NCBI GenBank assembly: GCA_951406725.2
Contig: OX597824.1
Location: forward strand, 55,180,001-55,244,000
Source of the DNA: Octopus vulgaris
Taxonomy: Eukaryota
Reading direction: 5' to 3'
DNA length: 64,000 nucleotides
This document shows, one piece after another, positions 14,136 through 26,299 of the stretch. Positions within the stretch are counted from its first letter, which is position 1. Each line of letters starts with the position of its first letter. A program made the position numbers and the translations under genes. The notes below the pieces were generated by a model. It made no database searches. It was not told where the DNA came from and saw only the letters and a program-made list of their open reading frames with translations.

Positions 14136-14639
14136 CAATAATTTATCTATTTCAGATCCATTTTATATAATCCAACTCACCTACTTAATATACCAAATTT
14201 CTGCACCTTTCTTATTCTATATCTTTTTATATGTGTGTACATACACACATACACACACACACATATGTACCTGTGCAAGTATATATATGCGAATGTATAC
14301 ATGTGTATGCATATGTGCTTGTATATGTATATGTATATATATGTATGTGTGTTTGTATATATATATATATCTGTGTGTGTATGCATATATGTGTGTACAT
14401 GTGTCTATGTATGTATATTTGTGTCTATGTATGTATCTATACATATATATAGTCTTATCATTACTTTCATCACTTTATTAATTCTTTATCACACTATATT
14501 CCTGCAGGCACTGTATGGCAATGCATACATGTATGTGTGCTGGCACTGTATGGCAATGCATACATTTATGTGTGTGTATGTGTGCCCATATATATATCAA
14601 TGTATGCATACATGGTGCTATTCTACTCCTATGGTGCGA

Positions 14640-15483
14640 CTTGGGTGATCCCGCCTCTTTATGGCTTACCTACTAAGATTACATGTCTGAAGATTTCCTG
14701 CATCAGGCTCAGTTGCTAAATCCATCAATGGAGGTTGGGTACAGTGACTTCATTTACAACAGGGCGCTGCTTGAAATCGAAGATACTGTTCTTAATATGG
14801 GTGATACTGTTCTTAATATGCGTTGGCAGTGTATGGCCTACCTTCAACAAACTGGAAAGGCGCAAACACACTGTCTTCGGATTTGCTGCATGACACATGT
14901 TATAATGTTGACGAACTTGCCCAATACATAGCGGAGAGTGTGCCAAAGCTCCTTCCACAACAGAAGTTCGCTTACAATTCTGTTATTAATTCTGTCCGGG
15001 ACAAAGATGGGGGGATTTTTTCCTCAACACTCTGACATATGGTGAGTAGATGCTATTGTTGTATATTTTCAAACTTACTCGTATTTACTTATCCATGATT
15101 AATCCCCCTCTTTCCTCCATAGGGCATCTGTTCTATTTTCACAGAGCATGAAGTTTTGTAACAGCACGTCCACTTCTGTTGGTGGAAGAGGAACACACCA
15201 TATTCACCTGCGAACGTTTTACACACCCTTCCAGGACTACCTACCAAATTATTACAATTGTGAGAATGATAACACAGCCTTTTCAGGGCCACCTCACATT
15301 CTATTGTTACCCTCCCTTCTGAGAATGTTGCAAAGCTCTTTGCAGGGCTTTCTATCCAGTTGGAAATCGATTGGTTAGCTGTAAACTTATATCAATCTTT
15401 GCCTCAATAATCATAATTGAGTAGAATCATAAAGAGTACTTTAAAGCAATTAAGTCCCAAGCAACGCTGGGCAAATCTGCTAG
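14640..15483 (+). mobile_element. Helitron remnant: Rep/PIF1-helicase fragment plus 3' hairpin-CTAG end
   Basis: 'YNRALLEIED...GLPS...YNVDELAQYIAESVPKLLPQQKFAYNSVINSVRDKDGGIFF' is typical of the sequence just before Helitron helicase motif I. CCCAAGCAACGCTGGG hairpin at 15456-15471 and CTAG at 15480-15483. Confidence 0.8.
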
Positions 15484-15517
15484 TTTATCTATAGATCCAC
15501 ACAGTATCGTTTGAATG

Positions 15518-17754
15518 TAGGATTAAAGCCCCTCAGACAAAAGCCCAATAGTTAAAGTATGAAAGTGGACAAAAGCCCCATAGTTATATTTTTCAGTTAT
15601 TTTTCTTTTTGTTTTTTTCACCTTTTACTTGTTTCAGTCATTAGACTGTGGCCATGCTGGGGCACCGCCTTAAAGAACTTTTAGTTGAATGTATCAACCC
15701 CAGAATTTTTAGTAAAATGTATTGATACCAGAATTTAAAAAAATTTTTACTTGTTGCAGTCATTAGCGGCACCACCTTGAAGAATTTTTTAGATGGCTGT
15801 ATGGAACCCAGAATTGTTTTTAAGCCTAACCAAAACCACTTCTGTGATATATTTCATTTCTTTTCTTTGTACTGGGGTGCCACCTTGAGGAATTTTTAGT
15901 CGAATGTATCAACCCCAGAATTTTTGAAATGATTTTCAACCATCACATGAAGTTAAGCCTAGAAGGTCTCTCTACATGTAAGAGATAACTGCCAAATCTC
16001 TTAAATTTTTTTTATAAACCCCCTCAGTTATATTTTTTGGCTATTCTTTGTTTTTTTTTTCATCTTCTAAAAATCTTTTTACTTGTTTCAGTCATCGGAC
16101 TGCACTCATGCTGGGGCACTGCCTTGAGGAATTTTTAGTTGAATGTATCAACACCAAATTTTTTTTTCTTTTTATTTGCTGCAGTTATTAAGCTGCAACC
16201 ATGCTTGGGCACCACCTTGGAGAATTTTTAGATGGCTGTACGGAACCCAGAATTTTTTTGAGCTTGATCAAACCACCTCTATGATATATTTCATTTTCTT
16301 TTCTTTGTACTTGTTAAATCATTAGATTGCAGCTATGTTGGAGAACCACCTTGAAGAATTTTTAGATGGCTGTATGGAACCCAGAATTCTTTTTTTAAAG
16401 CCTGATCAAAACCACTGCTGTGATATATTTTGTTTCTTTTCTTTGTGCTTGTTAAAGCATTAGATTGTGACCATGCTGGGGTACTGCCTTGAAGAATTTT
16501 TATAGTTGAATGTATCGACCCCAGAATTTTTTAGGTGATTTTCAACCAGCACATGAAGTTAAGCCTAGAAGATCTCTTTTACTCTTTTACTTGTTTCAGT
16601 CATTTGACTGCAGCCATGCTGGAGTACCACCTTTAGTCGAGCAAATCGACCCCAGGACTAATTCTTTGGAAGCCTAGTACTTATTCTATCGGTCTCTTTT
16701 GCCGAACCGCTATGTTACGGGGACATGAACACACCAGCATCGGTTGTCAAACGATGTTGGGAGGACAAACACAGACACACGAACACACACGTATATACAT
16801 ACATACGACAGGCTTCTTTCAGTTTCCATCTACCAAATCCACTCACAAGGCTTTGGTCGGCCCGAGGCTATAGTAGAAGACACTTGCCCAAAGTGCCATG
16901 CAGTGGGACTGAACCCGAACCATGTGGTTGGTAAGCAAGCTACTTACCACACAGCCACTCCTGCACCTATAAAATACAAATCTCTTCACATGCAAGAAAT
17001 AACAACCAATTCACTTGAATTTTTTGTTTTTAATTTCAGGTAAACAAAAACAGAAATCACAGTTGTAAAAAACTTTTATGTTCCAAAATTCCAAATTTTA
17101 AATAATCAAAAATATATTCAATTGAAAATAAGTTGAATAAAATAAACATAACACGAGACTCATTACTACTCAATACATATATTTTCTGGATTCCAAGAAA
17201 AGGGAAAACCTTTACTTCAAGAAATGTGTTTTACAAGTCAAAACCATTCATTAGCAGCATCCTCATTATCACTACAACTACCACCATCATCACCAACATC
17301 GTCACTACCATCACCACCACTGTCATCATCACATCGCCACAGACAAAATGGTGACCAGCTATAAAACCACCATTACCACCAACAACAACAACTCAACCTC
17401 AGTCATCATCAAGCTAAATAAAATCACAGCCATCCATATATACAGGAAAGTCCTTTACATTCATCTCTCAACTGAGGGGTCTTATTCTTGCGGGCTTGTG
17501 GGTGCTGGTTCTACTTAAAAGTGCCTATGATGGTACCATATTAAAAGTACTCTGTAAAGTGTACTGGATGTTTTTAAAGATTGAATTTTATATATATATA
17601 TAAATGCCGATTGTTTGTTGGAATCCGAATCTTCGTTGCTGAAGATGTCGGAATGTGTAAAAATATAAAAAAGAAAAGACAAGAAAAACCAGAAAGGTTT
17701 GGGGTGCTTATTGTATATTTCTTCCAAATATATAACTGAGAGGGTTTTATCCTA
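15518..17754. mobile_element. Possible TIR-bounded non-autonomous element containing a tandem array of SINE-tail fragments
   Basis: TAGGATTAAAGCCCCTCAG (15518-15536) is an imperfect inverse of CTGAGAGGGTTTTATCCTA (17736-17754). Interior 15600-16575 has ~7 reiterations of 'ttacttgtttcagtcattagactg..gccatgctggggcac..ccttgaagaatttt'. No TSD found. Confidence 0.4.
16578..16968 (-). mobile_element. Full-length tRNA-derived SINE with LINE-like 3' tail
   Basis: Minus strand has A-box-like TGGCTGTGTGG, B-box-like GGTTCAGTCC, a central TTGGGCAAGTGTCTTC and tail GTGGTACTCCAGCATGGCTGCAGTCAAATGACTGAAACAAGTAAAAGAG. Partial copies at 18550-18685(-), 22445-22690(-), 28608-28745(+) and 38920-39065(+). Confidence 0.85.
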
Positions 17755-17994
17755 TTTCGCATCACTTATATTTTTCTGTTTTTCAACTTTAATACTATTA
17801 AAATTAGAAATATATAATATGAAAAATGTTATACATTGTTTCGTCTACTTGAGTAACCATAATTCCCCATGTATAGATAAAAACATGTTTTCAAGACAAA
17901 AAAAATGGAAGGCATATAGTGCAACCAACCGCTAAGGTATCTTTGAAAACTTAAAGCAAAATTATGTGTTGAGGTTCATTTAAAGTTCATTTTA

Positions 17995-18530
17995 TTACAA
18001 CCTGATGTTGTGCCCTATGCCATTCAGAAATTCTTCCATGGTTTTCCTCTCATTCATGTAGTCCAGACACAAGTTCTTCAAACGTTGTTGATATTCCTTT
18101 ATGACACATTTCACTCGTTTCCTTGAAGGCTGGCCACGAGAATCTTTAATCAGCTTCATCTTTTCTAATACCTTTAGTGGCCTTCTAGATGGTTGGGTGG
18201 TCATACCCCACAAGTTCATGGAAATAGAAATTCCAGCAGTTGCATTGGTTGTTGATGCAACCACCATTATCAATGGTTGCCTGGTGGACATTCCATAACT
18301 GCAGTGGAAACAAGGGAGGAATCTTACTCATGAGTACTGGAGAAATTATTCCATCAAGAAGAGCTGCTGGTGGCTGGATGCAACGATAAGTGCTGAATAC
18401 ATATGTGCTACTGAAATAGTCCACAAGATCTTTCAGTCCTTCAACATCAGGTACAATATTCATTAGATAAGCCATTCCACTGGCCTCATTGTCTACAAGT
18501 AGAAAAGCCAGTTCATCCAACATTCTATAA
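17995..18530 (-). mobile_element. Mutator-like (MULE) transposase C-terminal fragment
   Basis: 'LDELAFL...LVDYFSSTYV...PPLFPLQLWNVHQATI...NNQCNCWN..FHELVGYDHPTI' matches the RTNN-x-x-E-x-W-x-x region of animal MULE transposases. Frameshifted. Confidence 0.8.
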
Positions 18531-19149
18531 AAATACATATACATGTATACAACGGGCTTCTTTTCAGTTTCTGTCTACCAAATCCACTCACAAGGATTTG
18601 GTCGGCCCGAGGCTATAATAGAAGACACTTGCCCAAGGTGCCACGTGGTTGGTAAGCAAGTTATTTTCCACACAGCCACTCCTGTTGATTTAGGTCTGTT
18701 ATTATAAATTAGGGAAGCTCGATATTCTGGTGCTCCAGCGGTTTTCCATTCACCACTGATTTGCTCCAATTCTCACAGGGATTTTGGGTCTTTTGGCAGA
18801 TCTCATAACGTACAAATAGGCTGAGAAGGTAACGTATAGAAGACATGGGGGGGTTAAAAAATCGAAAAGGAAAAACAGAAAATGTAACCAAAAACTAAAA
18901 CGTAAAAAGTGAAAAAGGTAAAAGAGTTTTCCTCCTTAGACCTTAAATTATAAGGCTGGAAAGATATCAACAAGTTACTCAGGAATAGGCAGAATTTTCC
19001 AATTCTTCAAAGTATATTTATACATATTCTTACAACCACTGAAAATTTCAGATCTAGAGTTCAGTAGAGTGTTATGGATCTTAGATCTGAACACGACCTG
19101 TACTCTTGTCAGTTAAAGCCTACATTTATTCAGTCCATTAACATAAGGT

Positions 19150-19570
19150 ATGGATTTCTCAATTATTTTCCACTTGTGGTGTTTCATTATTTTTCAAACA
19201 TGTGGTGTTTCATTATCTTTCAAACTCCATATGTAGCTAGCCAGCTTAGTAGCTTTGCTTTTGTCCTTATGCTGGAAGGAGGCTATGTGATTGGCATAGT
19301 GATTTTTAAATTCTCCTTCCCATAATCGGATATAGGTCTTCTTACCTGTTGTATTGTTATTTAGGGTTGCTGTAATTTCTCCCTCGTATATGATAGATTT
19401 AATCATACATTGTCAGACAGGATCCTGGGTTGCAACAGTTACAACTGGATTTAGGCTCTTGGTATTGACCATGTGTAATAATACTCTTCGTATTGGAGCA
19501 GCAACTATACGATAATTTCACAGAACACCTATTGAATATTTTCCTGTACCTGTGAGTGGCTAGAAAGTGT
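19150..19570 (-). mobile_element. Penelope-like element GIY-YIG endonuclease fragment
   Basis: 'HRYRKIFNRCSVKLSYSC...CNC' and 'SIIYEGEI...KTYIRLWEGEFKNHYANHIASF...ATKLASYIWSLKD', homologous to the C-terminus of ORF 45160-46359. Confidence 0.85.
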
Positions 19571-20046
19571 GTCTAGGAGATGCAGGAACATATTCATCAT
19601 CTGAAAGTCTCCACCTTTTGCTTTCACTGGTTTTGCATGTACACATATATACATATTTTGTATTTCATACCCAAATGGTTATATTTAATATATCTAATTT
19701 GTTTATCTACATAATTGCCTTTATATCTGCTCAATGTAATCCCTCTTATAGCCATTATTTACCCAAGGAATTGATCCCTTGTAAAGACACCGGAGTCTAA
19801 GTTTGAATCATTTGAGCACTACTAAGTGCCTTCTATACTGAGATTCTCTGGATTTAAACCCAGCAAGATCTGAAATTAGGCTAGTAGCTAAAAAATTACT
19901 TAGAAACACTAATAATAAAATTAGAGAAATTACTGGGGGAATTTTTACAAAATATACTAATCTGTCTATAGTTGATTATTTAGATGTTTCCCTAGATCTG
20001 AACAAGCCTTTCCATAAACCTAGTGAAAAACATATATACACAACAG

Positions 20047-20122
20047 TCTTCTTCTTCTTTTTCTTCTTCTTCTTCTTCTTCTTCTTCTTCTTCTTCTTCT
20101 TCTTCTTCTTCTTCTTCTTCTT
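20047..20122. repeat. (TTC)n microsatellite
   Basis: Direct tandem repeat. Confidence 0.95.
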
Positions 20123-20455
20123 CTCCCTTCTACTTCCTAACTTTATCACTAATGCTTTTTAGTATAACACCTACGCAAATTCTATAAACAAACCTTTCAA
20201 TAGAAATATTCTCATGAACTGCTAGCCACCACTGACCATTCAAAATACAACAATCAAGGCACTCCCAAATCCCCCCCCCCATCTCCTCATCATTCTTCTT
20301 CTTCTTCTCTACCAAGAATTCACAACGACCACAAGTGTGAACAAGAGAGACAGCAAGGCAGAAACAAGGAAAATGCCACTTTTATTTGAACACTATACAA
20401 ATATTCCTTTAACAAAACATTTCTTTTAATTTTTCTAAATTTAATTATTTAATCG

Positions 20456-20498
20456 TTACAGTTGAAAAGGTCTCAAAATGACTGAAACCGGTACTGAA
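20456..20498 (+). ncRNA. Degenerate type I hammerhead ribozyme relic
   Basis: cag TTGAAAA g gtc-tcaaaat-gac t GAAA ccgg TA ctg. Stems I-III are recognisable, but the CUGANGA core is mutated. Confidence 0.5.
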
Positions 20499-20544
20499 AT
20501 GTTCTTTATAAAATTATTTTAGCATTTTCTATTTTGACTTATTT

Positions 20545-20586
<42 letters not shown>

Positions 20587-20846
20587 CAAGTTTACAGAAA
20601 ACAAAAGACAAAGACAGGTGTATTAGTTTGAGGCTCAGGAAGAATAGAAAAAGTTTTGATGTTTTGAGCCTACAGTCTTTGAGAGAAAGAGATAAGAGTA
20701 AAAAATGGAGAGTGAATGAAAAAAACAGAGTGAGAAAAAAATGTGTGTGTGTGTACACATGCATGCATGTATGTGTGTGTGTGTGTGTGTATTGCTTAGG
20801 AATTGTGTTACTAATGAGTATTTTACAAAATTCTATAGAGAATATG

Positions 20847-20920
<74 letters not shown>

Positions 20921-20978
20921 AACACACACATATACATTTACAAATTCTATTGGTTTTCTCTTTTTTTTATCTTTACAG

Positions 20979-21180
20979 ATTTTCAATAAATCTGAAGTTT
21001 GGCTGTGAAACACCTTTCCATTTGGATGTCCGTTTCCATTATGGAGCCTCTCGAAATACTGTTGTCTGTAACAGTTATATTTTTGGTGCTTGGGGAAATG
21101 AAGAAGTTCACTCTCATTTCCCCTTTTCCTGTGGTAATTCATTTGAAATAAAGATAATTAAGACACCACATATGTACAAG
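20979..21180 (+). CDS. Galectin CRD, sugar-binding exon (FSINLKFGCETPFHLDVRFHYGASRNTVVCNSYIFGAWGNEEVHSHFPFSCGNSFEIKIIKTPHMYK)
   Basis: Polypyrimidine tract plus ttacAG acceptor and AAG|GTatgc donor. Galectin signatures H-x-D-x-R, V-x-N-S, W-G-x-E-E and FPF-x-x-G-x-x-F. Confidence 0.92.
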
Positions 21181-21615
21181 GTATGCAAAGCTCTCAGACA
21201 TTTACTGATAAAGATTATTTCATTTCTTATGTCAAATGGGTAACAGTTAATATATTGCATTGATGTGCTTATTTTGTTCATAATCATGCTAGATATAGTT
21301 TATTGAAGAGTTATTAGTAACAACTACACTTTCAGAATATTCTCCTCCACTGCTAATTAAGTCACCTAGGTAATATATGTCTTCCTATTTATAAAAATCT
21401 AAGATGCTAAAAAAAAAAGTATTCAATTAGTATCTTAAAAATCTAGTGTGTCAAAATGGTTGCAACGATCATCATTTCTGTTTTACATCTTTTATCCTTT
21501 ATCTTTTATTTATTTTAGACATTAGACTGAGCTCATGCTGGGGCTTGACCTTGGAGAATTTTTTAATCGAATAAATTGACCCCAGTACTTATGTTTTTTT
21601 TTAAACCTGGTATTT

Positions 21616-22437
21616 GGACAACTTCCAGAGATCCCTGGCCTGGCCGTGCTTCCGAGAAGCGCTACCCATTCGGGATAAGCTCTACAGACACGGCTCGAGA
21701 AACATGGGGCCGACCTGCCCGAGATGCGGGCAGAGTGATGAAACCATTCTGCATGCACTCGTTCAGTGTCCAACCATTTCCGACCCATGGGCTTATGTCG
21801 AATGACTGCTGTCACGTGTGGGACGAGTCAGTTTATCAGCCGAGTCTATGATCAATATTGTCATGCCTCCTTCCTTCAAACGGGAAGGAAGAGCTATTTT
21901 CATCATACTTGTGGCTATGGTGAAAAAATGGTGGATGCGTCTGAAAGGATTAGAGATAAACACTTTCCTCTACGGTCAATCTCTCATCAACTTCTTCAAG
22001 TATCACTTGAAAAGGAAAGTGAGAGTAGAGAGGCAAGTTTTGTCTAGTGAATGTTTCAAAATAAGATGGGTGAATGTAGCAAGGATGGCACGTATGAATG
22101 ACGAAACCACCTTGTGCTTAATCCTATGAACCCAGAAAAATTTAAAACAGAGAGTTACTTACTTGCAAACAAATGTTTTAACATGTGACATAATTGACCA
22201 AGGTTACCGTGGTCTTTTCTGTAGGCTTTTCTTTCCATGGATAAACCTTATCTGTTTCCCCCTTTACATTTTACATCATGACATTTCTGTGATAAACGAT
22301 CCCTATTGATGGTTTTTTTTTTACAATCCCTTTTGATCGAAAACATACCCCCCCCCTTTTTTTTCTCTCCAAAAAGAAAAGTTCTACTTTGTAATTTGTC
22401 CCCTCTGTGTTCAGCCCTGTGTGGCTAATAAAGAAAC
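21616..22437 (+). mobile_element. L1/Tx1-clade LINE 3' fragment with 3' UTR
   Basis: zf-RVT-like 'ALPIRDKLYRHG....CPRCGQSDETILHALVQCP'. Ends in AATAAAGAAA. Confidence 0.8.
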
Positions 22438-22799
22438 ATATCTGTCTGTTTTGCAAAACCACTAAGTTATGGGGATGCAAGCATACCAGCAGTAGTTGTC
22501 AAGCAGGGGTGGGGGACAAACACAGACACACACACACAGGCTTCTTTCAGTTTCCATCTACCAAATCCACTCACAAGGCCTGAAGCTATACTAAAAGACA
22601 CTTACCCAAGGTGCTACACAGTGTGACTGAACCTGGAATCATGTGGTTGAGAAGCAAGCTTCTTACCACACAGCCACAACTGCAGCTATATCCTGAAATT
22701 ATGTACATACATTTTTCTTTGTAAATAACTTGAAAGAGTAGAAATGTTATAGCACTTTAAAATTGCTGGTGGTTATACCGTTTTTAAAACTATGTTATA

Positions 22800-23600
22800 G
22801 CACTTTTTAGACTACATAGTTACCTGGGGAAGAGATCAGGATGATGTCTTGAAAACAAGAGTCATGAGAGGAGCAGACTGCTCTACTGACCACCAATTGT
22901 CACTTTTGACTTCAAGAAGAGAAGCATAAAGAAAATAAGCCAACCAAAAAATAAGCTAAACATCATGAAACTTACAGATCTCAAAATGAAACAGGAATTA
23001 CAGGAACAGTTGGAAGGCTTTGGAAGGATGAGAAAATAAGGGAAACAAAGGACTTGCGGGAAAATGGAACATCTTAAAAATAACTACATATGAGACAGCT
23101 CAACAAGACTTAGGCAAACCACTGGGAAAACATCAAGATCAGTTCAACAAGAACAACATCCATCTACAGACCCTGCTAAAGGGAAGAAATGTTGCAAAGG
23201 TAAGGCAGATAAATTACAACACAAGGTCAAACAGAAAAACTGGTGGAAGCAAGAAGGAAGCTGCAACAATATATGAGGAAACTGAAACAGAAGTACAGCA
23301 TTATACTGATAAAAATGATATGAAAACCTTTTATTCAGGACTTTGAGAGTTATACGAGCTACAGAGAAGAGGCACAACAAAACTCATAGCTCTTGATGAC
23401 AAAACAGTATTCCAGGAAAAATCTGAGATCCTTGATAGATTTGCCAATCACTTTGACAGTCTGCTTAATATCTCAGGCATACACAAGCACACATGCATGC
23501 TGGTGCACATGCATGTGCACAAACAGACAAAAGGAACATAACTCCAATAACAGACAGAATCAACATCCATTAACAAGGTTGCAAAAGCAACAAAAATTCT
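22800..23600 (+). mobile_element. Highly decayed RTE-like LINE fragment (end of APE domain and linker)
   Basis: 'TRVMRGADCSTDHQL' APE-terminal motif and a 'KHQD-FN' linker motif. Confidence 0.6.
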
Positions 23601-23639
23601 AGAAAAGACAAAATATGAATAATAAATGAGTGGAAATTG

Positions 23640-24735
23640 AACCAGTGAGGCCTCTCTCTCAAAGTAAAAGGTAAACTGTATGACGCATGTGTACAAACAG
23701 CCATGCTACATGGCAGTGAAACATGGGCTGTGACTGCTGAGGATATGCGTAAGCTCGCAAGAAATAAAGCCAGTATGATCCGATGGATATGTAATGTATG
23801 CTCGACAGAGTGTAAGTATCTTGAGAGAAAAGTTGGACCTAAGTAGCATCAGATGTGGTGTGCAAGAGAGACGACTGCGCTGGTATGGTCATGTAGCGAG
23901 AATGGATGAGGATAGTTGTGTGAAAAAGTGAGGGAACCTAACCCTAACCCTAACCCTAACCCAGGAAGACCTGGGATGAAGTGGTGAAGCACGACCTTCA
24001 AACTTTAGGCCTCACCAAGGAAATGACTGAGACTTTGGGAAATATGCTGTGCTTGAGAAGAACCAGCAAGCCAAGTGAGACCATAACCTCATGGCCTATA
24101 CCAGGGGTGTAACCAGCTCACTTATGTGTACCTTTCCTTCTTTGGACACTAAACCCTGCTTGCAAAGACCTGTTGAGGCAAGTGAAATCAAAATCAAATT
24201 CGATGACTGGCATCTGTGCTAGTGGGGCACTAAGAGCACCATACGAGCGTGATTGTTGACAGAGCAGCTAACTGGCTCTGGTGGCACATAAAAGGCACCA
24301 TTCAAGCAGGATCGTTACCAGCGTTGCCTTACTGGTACTTGTGCCCCGTGCTAGTGGGGCACTAAGAGCACCATCCGAGCATGATCGTTGCCAGAGCGGC
24401 TAACTGGCTTCTGTGCCGGTGGCATGTAAAAGGCACTATTCAAGCATGATCATTACCAGCGTCGCCTTACTGGCGACGCTGTACCAGTGGCACATGAAAA
24501 AATATTCGAGTGAGGTCGTTGCCAGTACCGCCTGACTGGCCCCCATGCTGGTGGCACGTAAAAGCACCCACTACACTCTCAGAGTGGTTGGCATTAGGAA
24601 GGGCATCCAGCTGTAGAAACTCTGCCAGATCAAGACTGGAGCCTGGTGCAGCATTCTGGTTCGCCAGTCCTCAGTCAAATCGTTCAACCCATGCTAGCAT
24701 GGAAAGCGGATGTTAAACGATGATGATGATGATGA
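23640..24735 (+). mobile_element. RTE-clade LINE 3' end with tandemly repeated 3' UTR and (GAT)n tail
   Basis: 'KGKLYDACVQTAMLHGSETW...RRLRWYGHVARMDEDSCVKK...PRKTWDEVVKHDL'. UTR ends GGCATTAGGAAGGGCATCCAGC...TAAACGATGATGATGAT. Related tails at 5520-5715, 7580-7800, 9715-9780 and 39470-39880. Confidence 0.88.
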
Positions 24736-24779
24736 TATTTATATACATATATATACATTTTGGAACAATGCATCAACAG

Positions 24780-25660
24780 TCAGTGGTGACCTGTTGCCTT
24801 CTTCAGTTGACAACTACAACCACCTGAACAGAAATACAGTGCTTTTGACAAAGAATTGCTAGCTGTCCATCTCGGTTCTCATCACTTTCACTATTTTCTC
24901 AAAGGTTGCGCTTTCACGGTGTTTACAGACCACAAACCACTCACCTCCACTATGAGCAAGCTCTCAGAGCCTTGGCCTGCACATCAACAGCAATAGTTAT
25001 TAGCCATGGATATTCAACACATAACTGGAAAAGGCAATTCAGTTACTGATGCACTATCTTGAACCCCTACTGGCTCAGACACCTACATTAGCCTTCAGTA
25101 ACAGAAGGCCTGGATTATGAGGCTATGGCTGCAGTCCAACAGACAGATGATGAAATCAGGGCCTACTGCACTACCATCACCTCTCTTTCCTTGCAGGATG
25201 TGCACTTTGGCTTCAATGGCACAACCCAACTTTGTGATGTACCCACTGGGAAGCCACAACCAATCATCTCATTAGCCTGATGCCGGAAGGTTTTTGACAT
25301 CATCCATGGGCTGTCCCACCCAGGTACTAAAGCCACACAGTGCCTGCTGGCAAGCAAACTTATCTGGCACAGTATGGTCAAGGAAATTGGGGAGTGGGCT
25401 GAGACCTGTATCCCCTGTCAATAAGCCATGGTCCATCGGCACACCAAAGCACCCCTCAGTAGCTTAGCTTGTACCACCACGGGCACATTTCAGCTATGTC
25501 AGCATTGACCTTGTTGGCCCCCTACCAACCTTCACAAGGTTGCTCGTACTTACTAACCTTGGTAGACTGCTGCACTCATTGGACTAAGGCTATTCCACTC
25601 CGTAGCTCAGAAACATAGGAAGTCAACTGGGCCTTCATCACAAACTAGGTTGTCCTGTAG
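24780..25660 (+). mobile_element. Decayed Ty3/gypsy RNase H-integrase fragment
   Basis: 'KYSAFDKELLAV...FTVFTDHKPL', 'GKGNSVTDALS', integrase HHCC 'IHGLSHPG...CIPCQ' and 'IDLVGPLP'. Confidence 0.88.
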
Positions 25661-25804
25661 GTATATTAAGGATTTGCTATGGACTTGGATTAAGAATTTT
25701 ATGATTTTTTTTTCATAGAAAATGACTTTATTTTTTCAAAATTTGATTTAATTTCAGTGTTTAAACATGCATGATTTAATGGAATTTTTTCTTTTACAAT
25801 CTAG

Positions 25805-25921
25805 GTTTTAGTCAATGGACACCACTACCTAAACTTCAACCACCGATTTCCAGCATATAATCAAGTGAACAAATTAGAGATTGAAGGAGATGTTGTGCTC
25901 ACTTTAGTTGAATTCAAATAA
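25805..25921 (+). CDS. Galectin CRD, terminal exon (VLVNGHHYLNFNHRFPAYNQVNKLEIEGDVVLTLVEFK*)
   Basis: ctAG acceptor, phase 0 matching the previous exon. Galectin C-terminal motifs VNG-x-H...F-x-HR and I-x-GDV, then TAA stop. AATAAA at 25933-25938. Confidence 0.92.
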   Translation, partial: VLVNGHHYLNFNHRFPAYNQVNKLEIEGDVVLTLVEFK

Positions 25922-26299
25922 ATCTTTGTGTTAATAAACACATGATGTATGTAACATTGCTCAAGGAGAAAATAATTACAATTCATGTTGAATACTATAT
26001 TAAATTTGAGAACTGAGGAAATATTATTTGAAGAGTTATTGAATAACGAAAGAGAAAATTGAAAATTTTTTGGTATTATTTATTCACTGTTACATGTGTT
26101 TCATTTGCTAATATGAATTACAAAGCTTTATGTGTTAAATAGACATGTAAGGAAACTCCTAGTAGAAATTTTTCAGGCAGAGAAATTGAATAATTTGGAT
26201 GAAGTGTTTATATATAGTTAGTAATCTGGAGCAGTATTGATAGTTCATGTGAAAGAAGAAAAGAAAGGGGGAAATGTGCATGCAAACACACACACACAC

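Noticed and set aside
16860-16968. tRNA gene
   Set aside because: A/B boxes are present but there is no cloverleaf; it is the head of a multi-copy SINE.
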